Part shown: piece by piece, positions 57,911-64,000 of the stretch | How the letters are laid out: each line of letters begins with the position of its first letter | How positions within the stretch are numbered: the stretch's first letter is position 1 | Assembly: GCA_003170475.1 (NCBI GenBank) | Contig: PMZI01000023.1 | Span: 20,587-84,586, forward strand | Direction of reading: 5' to 3' | Origin: Ignavibacteriota bacterium | Lineage (GTDB): Bacteria > Bacteroidota > Ignavibacteria > UBA10030 | Length of the DNA stretch: 64,000 bases | The notes under the pieces: model-generated | What the model saw: only the letters and a program-made list of their open reading frames with translations | Database searches by the model: none | Told to the model about the DNA's origin: nothing | Made by a program: the position numbers and the translations under genes

Positions 57911-58887
57911 TCACCACTTCAAGAATTCAATCGTTGTTCACCAACGGGATCCTCGAGATCATTTTGGCGCTGCTCTGCGTTGTCCTGGCCGTGACGGCCT
58001 CGGGGTTTCTGACTGCCGAAAACCTTCTCAATGTCCTCCGGAACGTGTCCATGCAGGGGGTGATCGCCTTCGGGATGACGATGGTCATTATTTCGGGTGA
58101 GATTGATCTCAGCGTAGGCTCGGCGGTCGCCTTTTCCGCCTGCCTCACGGCGTTTTTCACATTGAAATTTTCCGCAGAATGGGTTTCGCTTCCGATTGCT
58201 CTCGCGATCGCCATCGCGATTCTTTTCTCCCTGATCATCGGATTCTTTCTTGGCGTGTTCACTGGTTTCATGAGAACGCGCTATCAGGTGCCAAGCTTCA
58301 TCACGACGCTGGCGCTGATGACCGGACTGTCCGGTGCGGCCGAACTTATCACCAACGGATTCCCTCTTACGCCATTTCCAAACTGGTACAATTTTATCGG
58401 CGGCGGCTATCTTGTCGGCATCCCGTTCCCGGCTCTCTTGTTCCTGCTGACATTTGTCATCCTTCAGTTCCTGATGAACTATACTGCGTTTGGACGATCG
58501 GTCTACGCTGTGGGCGGGAACGCTGAAGCTGCGAGGCTCAGCGGCATCAACGTCAGCCGTGTCAAGATGATGGTTCTGGGCATTACCTCGTTGCTTGCGG
58601 CGCTGAGCGGAATCATGGTCTCATCGGAAATCATGTCCGGAACCGCGACAACAGCAAAGGGTTGGGAGCTTGATGTGATCGCCGCGGTCATCATTGGTGG
58701 AACAAGCCTGATGGGGGGAGTCGGAAGAATTTGGGGAACGATGGTCGGCGTCGTGTTCCTTGGCGTTCTTATGAATGGCATGACGCTTCTGAATGTGAGT
58801 GAATACTGGCAGCACGTTGTGCGCGGAGTCATTATTCTTGTTGCCGTTCTCCTGAATCTTCTCCAAAAAGAAAAGAGGCGTGGATGA
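57907..58887 (+). CDS. sugar ABC transporter permease (RbsC-like)
   Basis: ORF 57889..58887; the ATG at 57907 overlaps the ATPase stop (ATGA). About 10 hydrophobic spans. Confidence 0.88.
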   Translation: MITTSRIQSLFTNGILEIILALLCVVLAVTASGFLTAENLLNVLRNVSMQGVIAFGMTMVIISGEIDLSVGSAVAFSACLTAFFTLKFSAEWVSLPIALAIAIAILFSLIIGFFLGVFTGFMRTRYQVPSFITTLALMTGLSGAAELITNGFPLTPFPNWYNFIGGGYLVGIPFPALLFLLTFVILQFLMNYTAFGRSVYAVGGNAEAARLSGINVSRVKMMVLGITSLLAALSGIMVSSEIMSGTATTAKGWELDVIAAVIIGGTSLMGGVGRIWGTMVGVVFLGVLMNGMTLLNVSEYWQHVVRGVIILVAVLLNLLQKEKRRG

Positions 58888-59906
58888 ACGGTTACCAGCG
58901 GATCACGGCTGCATTCCAGGGAAAACATCCCGATACCACTCCGATCATGCTCCACAATTTCATGATGGCTGCACATGAAGCTGGATTGACGATGGAGGCA
59001 TTTCGTAACGATCCACGGGAAATGGCCCGGGCATTTATTGAAGCGGTAGAGAAGTACGAGTACGACGGGATTATGATAGACGTCGACACCGTGACGCTTG
59101 CCGGTGCGGCTGGAGTTCCGATCAGTTCCCCTGTCGATCAACCTTCGGTTGCCATCGGTTCACGTTTGAAGACATTGGAAGAAGTGCGCGACCTTGAGCC
59201 TGTTGACATTCGCCAGTACCGGGGTGTGCAGGTTTGGCTGGAAGCGACTTCCATTCTCAGCAAGCACTTTAGAAACGACATTCTGATCCGCGGCAATTGT
59301 GATCAATCGCCGTTTACGCTAGCAAGCCTGATCCGCGGCATGGAACCGTGGATGCTCGACCTTGCGGACGAGAACCAACACGAACTTGTTCACAGGCTGC
59401 TTGAATACTGCACTTCGTTGACGCTCCAGTTTATCCGCCTCATGGCAGAGACTGGCGCTCACATGACGTCCAATGGCGATAGCACGGCAGGACCGGAATT
59501 GATATCTCCGACAATGTTCAGAACTTTTGCGCTTCCGTATGAACAAAAGATTGTTCAATGCTCCCACGAACTCCGGATGCCTTATGTCCTTCATATCTGC
59601 GGCAATACAAGCCGCATCATCGACGACATGCTCGAAACGGAGTCTGACGGTTTGGAACTCGATTACCGGACGGATGCAACCAGCGCCCGCGACAAGATGA
59701 AAAATCGTGCGGTGTTCGTCGGGAACATCGACCCAAGCGGCGTTTTGGCCCTTGGCACACCTGCCCTGGTGGAAGAGAGAACCCGTGAGCTTCTCACAGT
59801 GTTTATCGATAATCCACGGTTTGTCCTCAATGCCGGGTGTGCGATTCCGCCCATGACGCCGCCGGAAAACTTGCGAACCATGATTCATACGGCGAGAAGT
59901 TTCTAA
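58884..59906 (+). CDS. uroporphyrinogen-decarboxylase-family protein, MtaA/MT2-like
   Basis: 340 aa, ATGA overlap with the permease. Retains H-x-C (LHICG, H237/C239) and a later Cys (NAGCAIPP, C319). Confidence 0.7.
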   Translation: MNGYQRITAAFQGKHPDTTPIMLHNFMMAAHEAGLTMEAFRNDPREMARAFIEAVEKYEYDGIMIDVDTVTLAGAAGVPISSPVDQPSVAIGSRLKTLEEVRDLEPVDIRQYRGVQVWLEATSILSKHFRNDILIRGNCDQSPFTLASLIRGMEPWMLDLADENQHELVHRLLEYCTSLTLQFIRLMAETGAHMTSNGDSTAGPELISPTMFRTFALPYEQKIVQCSHELRMPYVLHICGNTSRIIDDMLETESDGLELDYRTDATSARDKMKNRAVFVGNIDPSGVLALGTPALVEERTRELLTVFIDNPRFVLNAGCAIPPMTPPENLRTMIHTARSF

Positions 59907-59924
59907 GTGTAAAAACGTCAAACA

Positions 59925-60022
59925 AGAAATTCGAATATCGAAACTCCAAACAAACTCAAAGAACCAAATCTGAACATTGATATTTCGAATACTCTGTTTG
60001 GATTTCTTTGAGATTTCGGCTT
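59925..60022. repeat. imperfect inverted repeat / heptamer-rich structured spacer
   Basis: TCCAAACA (59945..59952) pairs with TGTTTGGA (59995..60002), with partly complementary GAAAT/ATTTC-rich flanks. Confidence 0.4.
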
Positions 60023-60063
60023 TAGGATTTCAGATTTAGATCCTCGTATTTCCCAAGGCTTCT

Positions 60064-61176
60064 ATGACATCCAAAGAACGTGTCCATGCGGCGCTTGAGC
60101 GAAAACCTGTTGACCGCGTTCCCATCTTTTTGTGGTTCCATCCAGCAACAACACTCCATCTTTCCACGCTTCTTGGGGTTCCACCGTCATCAGTTGCGGA
60201 GGCGATGGGAAACGATGTCAGACAAACGTGGGTGAACAATAACTTTGCGATGGAGGGAATCGTCCACCAGTGCGAAGGAGACGAACATACAGACTTCTGG
60301 GGAATACGCTGGAAGATGGTGGATGCCTTCAATCAAATTGCAACATTTCCGCTGGAACACGCGACAAGAGAGGAAATCCTCGCGTACCGCTTTCCCGTTG
60401 ATCGGCAGGAAGAGCTGCTCAACAAAATGTCGCCGCTCGTTCAAGATGCAGATGAATGGTTCGTTGGTTGCGACGTCTCACCGTGCGTGTTTGAGATGTA
60501 CTTCCGCCTGCGCGGAATGGACAGCGTTCTCGTTGATATGGCCGTCGATCCGGAGCTCGCGTGTGAGATGTTCAAACGTTGTGCCGATTTTTCCATTCAG
60601 CTTGCCGGGCAAGCTGTCAAGCGGTTTCCGCTCGACTGGCTCTGGACGGGGGATGATGTCGCCGGGCAGGATGCCCTGATGATGAGTCCTGCGATGTGGC
60701 GGGAACAGATCAAACCGGAGCTACAACGGGTCTTCGACGTGAGCAAATCTGCAGGCCTCTGGCATGCACATCATTGCTGTGGCGCCCTACGGCCAATCAT
60801 TCCGGATTTGATAGAGATGGGCCTTGATGTCCTCAACCCGATTCAGTGCAATTGTGATGGAATGGATCCACTGGACCTCAAAAGAGAATTTGGCCTGGAC
60901 ATCGCGTTCATGGGGGGTGTGGATACAGTTGATGTTCTCCCTCACGGGAGTGTGAGTGATGTACGCCGATCGACTGCCCGATTGCTTCAGGGAATGACGG
61001 CTGGTGGAGGCGGTTATATTCTCGCCGCATCGCACACCATTCCGCCGGAGACGCCGGACGAGAATATTTTCGCCCTTTTCGCGGAGGCTGGGGTAAGCAA
61101 GCAGGAAATATTTGACCGCGCGGCACAGATGAGAAAGAAAACACTTGAGGCTCCTCGGGCCGGGACCTCGCAATGA
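60064..61176 (+). CDS. uroporphyrinogen-decarboxylase-family protein, second divergent copy
   Basis: 370 aa. URO-D-like (beta/alpha)8 pattern. AHHCCG (H236 H237 C238 C239), but the third ligand position reads SHTIPP. Confidence 0.7.
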   Translation: MTSKERVHAALERKPVDRVPIFLWFHPATTLHLSTLLGVPPSSVAEAMGNDVRQTWVNNNFAMEGIVHQCEGDEHTDFWGIRWKMVDAFNQIATFPLEHATREEILAYRFPVDRQEELLNKMSPLVQDADEWFVGCDVSPCVFEMYFRLRGMDSVLVDMAVDPELACEMFKRCADFSIQLAGQAVKRFPLDWLWTGDDVAGQDALMMSPAMWREQIKPELQRVFDVSKSAGLWHAHHCCGALRPIIPDLIEMGLDVLNPIQCNCDGMDPLDLKREFGLDIAFMGGVDTVDVLPHGSVSDVRRSTARLLQGMTAGGGGYILAASHTIPPETPDENIFALFAEAGVSKQEIFDRAAQMRKKTLEAPRAGTSQ

Positions 61177-62402
61177 GCCTCACACTCCAAGCTCAAGATG
61201 TGGCCGGAGCAAAGAGAAGAAATAAAATCTTGACTATTCTTGTCATGGCCTGTTTCGCGTCCTCCTTCGCTCTCTTGGGCTATGGATTTGATTATCTCAT
61301 GGGGAAGTTCAGAAGCATTCAGATGGTCACAATTCCCATCGCAATCGTTTATGTCGGATCTGTTCTCTACAATCTTGCCAATGGACTCAATGACCGTCTC
61401 GCTGCTGGCTCGGCTGCTGCATCTCTTGACCCCGAGGGTGAAGCTGAACACGAAAAGAACAAGATCTTCCTTTGGATGGCATGGGTGACATTCGTTGTAC
61501 TGGTGTGGGAGCTCTCCTTCCTTGGCCAGTCTTTCTGGGGAAAACCCAAGGCCTTGGAGATTGTTGTTGAAACCTCACCCTACGGTGTTGTCGTGGGAAC
61601 ACTCCTCGGCATCGGCGCGGCGTTCTCCTCGCTTCAGTGGGGCGCATATTCGATTCTTCGTTCCATGACAACCGCACTCCCCGATCAAACTTCCGAGGGC
61701 GATCGCATCCTCGTGAAAAGCGTGGAAGAAATCAGTACAGCCGCTGGTATTCCAGCGCCGAGTGTCTATATTGTGCCCGATGACGCTCCAAATGCTTTTT
61801 CCCTTGGCAGAAGTCCAAAACATGCTTTCATGGTGCTCTCCGAGGGGCTTATCGAGAATTTGACGCCCGAAGAACTCACTGGCGTTATTGCTCACGAAAT
61901 AAGTCACATCAGAAACTATGACACTCGACCCAGAACGGCAGTCACAGCGCTCTTTGGCTCCGCCATCTTGCTTTCTTCGGGAGTTGAAAACCTGGCACTT
62001 CCAAGAGCCAGCGGACTGAAGAGAATCCTCTTGCTCACATTCTGGTTCGCATCGCTCTTGTTCGTTCCTGTTGCCAGGGTTGTTCTCATCGTGCTAACCT
62101 TCCGCCATCGAGAATATGTCGCTGATGCATCGGCTGCACAGTTGACGCACAATCCTCGTGCACTTGCCGCAGCACTGGCAAAAATTGACCGCAGTGTCGA
62201 ATCGTCTGTGATGATCGGGGGGAACGTTGCCCACCTGTGTATCATCGACCCGTTTCACGGAAGCGCCAACGAAAAAGAAGGATGGTTTGCAGATATCGTC
62301 GCGACTCATCCTCCTACGTCAAAGAGGATAATGGTTCTGGACTCCATGGTGCTGCAGTACGCTGCACATGAGCCCGAGCAGGTTGAGCCCCCCCAGCGTT
62401 GA
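61173..62402 (+). CDS. M48-family (HtpX-like) membrane zinc metalloprotease
   Basis: HEISH zinc motif (VIAHEISHIRNYD), several TM spans, ATGA overlap with the preceding gene. Confidence 0.8.
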   Translation: MSLTLQAQDVAGAKRRNKILTILVMACFASSFALLGYGFDYLMGKFRSIQMVTIPIAIVYVGSVLYNLANGLNDRLAAGSAAASLDPEGEAEHEKNKIFLWMAWVTFVVLVWELSFLGQSFWGKPKALEIVVETSPYGVVVGTLLGIGAAFSSLQWGAYSILRSMTTALPDQTSEGDRILVKSVEEISTAAGIPAPSVYIVPDDAPNAFSLGRSPKHAFMVLSEGLIENLTPEELTGVIAHEISHIRNYDTRPRTAVTALFGSAILLSSGVENLALPRASGLKRILLLTFWFASLLFVPVARVVLIVLTFRHREYVADASAAQLTHNPRALAAALAKIDRSVESSVMIGGNVAHLCIIDPFHGSANEKEGWFADIVATHPPTSKRIMVLDSMVLQYAAHEPEQVEPPQR

Positions 62403-62571
62403 ATCCCACCCTCCTTTTCTTTACTTTCTCCACACGCCTTCTTCTTATCGATGACCCATTATCGTGAAGTTTTTCGTATCACATTTTGTTCAACGATAGA
62501 GTTTTCTGATGCGTGCGCCGTCTTTTTGTTCTGCGGCGATATTGTTCAGATATTCTTAAGGACAACGACGA

Positions 62572-63798
62572 ATGAAAAAGAAAAAACAATCTGGCGGCAT
62601 CCTTTCTCTTTCCACCCGGGCAATTCACGGTAACAAGCTCTATGCCTACAAAGGTCCGGTCGCAACCCCCATCTATCAAACATCGACATACAGGTTTGAG
62701 ACCTCCGACGATGCTGTTCGATATGCAAAAGGTGACCCCTCGGTGTACGTCTACACACGGTATCATAATCCAACAGTGCACGATGTGGAAGAAAAGATCG
62801 CCCTTATGGATCACGGCGAAGCGGCGGCACTCTTTTCCTCGGGTATGGCGGCAATCACCACGGCGATTCTCGCGTTCACAAAACCGGGCAATGAGATCAT
62901 CAGCACGGCAGCACTGTATGGTGGCACCTACCGATGGTTCCGCGACGAATTGCCGCAGAGCGGCATCACCGTGAAGTTTGTTCACCCGGATCACCTCGAT
63001 CAGATCGAAAGGCTGGTGACCGCGAAGACCACCATTGTGTATGTTGAAACGCCGACGAATCCGACATTGGATCTCGTCGACATCGCAGAAGTTGCCAAAC
63101 GGGTGCGGAACGCTGAGCGAAAGTCCGGAAGGAAGATCTTCGTTATGGTGGACAACACGTTTGCATCGATTGTCAATCAGGACCCGTTTGCGCTCGGCGC
63201 GGATGTCATCGTGGAAAGCGCGACAAAATATCTTGGGGGACACAGCGATATCATCGCCGGCCTCGTTGTCGGCACATCAGATTTTGTGAAGCGGGTGAAG
63301 GGGTTGGCGAAGCATCACGGAGGCTGCGCCGATCCGTTTGCAGCGTATCTGCTCACGCGCAGCCTGAAGACGTTTGAGCTTCGGGTCAGGAAACAAAACG
63401 GGAATGCCTTGGCGCTTGCCCGGGCGCTCGAAAATCATAAGAAGGTCAATCGTGTTCTCCATCCCGGACTTCCGTCGTTTCCCAAACATCAACTCGCCAG
63501 GAAACAGATGTCAGGATATGGCGGAATGGTCACCATCGAGGTGAAACCTTCGAAAGGCCGATCTGCGGTCGAGGCAGCCGCACGGGTGTGTGACAATCTC
63601 AAGATTGCGGTCAATGCAATGTCGCTGGGAGGCGTGGAGACACTCGTCAGCATCCCCGTGTATTCATCACACATCTTCATGTCTGACACTGAACTTCTGC
63701 AACACGGCGTGACTCCGGGAATGATCCGGATTTCGGTTGGGATTGAAGGGATCGAAGATCTCATCGCGGATTTCGAACAGGCTCTTGCCCTTGCTTGA
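62572..63798 (+). CDS. Cys/Met-metabolism PLP enzyme (cystathionine gamma-synthase / gamma-lyase / methionine gamma-lyase family)
   Basis: 408 aa. YTRYHNPT and PLP-lysine motif SATKYLGGHSD. Confidence 0.88.
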   Translation: MKKKKQSGGILSLSTRAIHGNKLYAYKGPVATPIYQTSTYRFETSDDAVRYAKGDPSVYVYTRYHNPTVHDVEEKIALMDHGEAAALFSSGMAAITTAILAFTKPGNEIISTAALYGGTYRWFRDELPQSGITVKFVHPDHLDQIERLVTAKTTIVYVETPTNPTLDLVDIAEVAKRVRNAERKSGRKIFVMVDNTFASIVNQDPFALGADVIVESATKYLGGHSDIIAGLVVGTSDFVKRVKGLAKHHGGCADPFAAYLLTRSLKTFELRVRKQNGNALALARALENHKKVNRVLHPGLPSFPKHQLARKQMSGYGGMVTIEVKPSKGRSAVEAAARVCDNLKIAVNAMSLGGVETLVSIPVYSSHIFMSDTELLQHGVTPGMIRISVGIEGIEDLIADFEQALALA

Positions 63799-63828
63799 GT
63801 GGAATGATGCGGCAACGCACGATGAAAC

Positions 63829-63863
63829 TAAAAAGGGAGAGCTCAGCTCTCCCTTTCCCTTTT
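63829..63863. terminator. bidirectional rho-independent terminator
   Basis: AAAGGGAGAGC-tca-GCTCTCCCTTT, flanked by A-run and T-run, between convergent genes. Confidence 0.75.
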
Positions 63864-63880
63864 GCACTCTTCCGAATGAC

Positions 63881-64000
63881 CTATTTCGTTGCTCCGCGAA
63901 GCTGTATTGCCCCTGATGGTTGCGTGCTTCCGCCCCGCGGCTCCAGCGTTATGGCAAAGCCTTCAATCTCCTGCCTCTCGCCAACGGGAAGGGTCATCAC
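63881..64000 (-). CDS. C-terminal fragment of an RskA-like anti-sigma factor (gene continues beyond the window)
   Basis: The reverse-strand translation ends ...VMTLPVGERQEIEGFAITLEPRGGSTQPSGAIQLRGATK*. The FA.TLEP.GGS pattern resembles the RskA C-terminal domain. Confidence 0.4.
   Translation of the reverse strand: MMTLPVGERQEIEGFAITLEPRGGSTQPSGAIQLRGATK

Noticed and set aside
62403-62571. Looked for a SAM riboswitch or T-box upstream of the trans-sulfuration gene
   Set aside because: I could not see the conserved SAM-I core or a T-box specifier/terminator arrangement. There is only a weak CGCCG...CGGCG hairpin.
1-64000. Scanned spacers for CRISPR arrays, tRNA/rRNA genes, integrases, transposases and toxin-antitoxin or defence-system hallmarks
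   Set aside because: None were seen. The only repeat families are the short heptamer arrays and hairpins reported above.

Overview
This is a densely coding 64-kb chromosomal segment of moderate GC with about 59 CDS. I saw no rRNA, tRNA, CRISPR array or recognisable transposase or integrase. All family calls come from reading motifs in the supplied translations; no searches were run.

Four secreted proteins end in an NYPNPFNP-type T9SS C-terminal sorting domain. That points to an FCB-superphylum organism (Ignavibacteria/Bacteroidota-like).

Most of the content is housekeeping:
- etfBA and a short Thr/Ser dehydratase
- a complete, translationally coupled hisGDCBHAFIE operon headed by a TrpR-like YerC/YecD gene
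- pdxJ
- M28, M14 and M48 peptidases
- an ECF sigma/anti-sigma pair
- a GH5 enzyme
- a sugar ABC transporter with duplicated binding proteins and two URO-D/MtaA-like genes
- a trans-sulfuration PLP enzyme

The most unusual stretch is 39.2-44.6 kb. A 1.36-kb gene-poor, locally AT-richer spacer is followed by four pilin-like genes (PilV-, PilW- and two PilX-like). These have two-residue MG leaders and no conserved Glu5, and no pilus machinery lies nearby. The last two genes are mosaic paralogs with a conserved core, a variable centre and a 104-nt near-identical patch. One of them carries three G7 tracts.

Other leads:
- Two copies of a CTTTAy-N4-GTAAAG palindrome abut the start codons of the TrpR-like gene and of hisG.
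- An NRAMP-family transporter with Mg-type (NRMT-like) site substitutions is coupled to a stand-alone MgtE-N/CBS protein.
- One protein fuses a bactofilin-like segment to an Omp85-like barrel.
- Degenerate tandem heptamers (CGAAATC-like) recur in several spacers.
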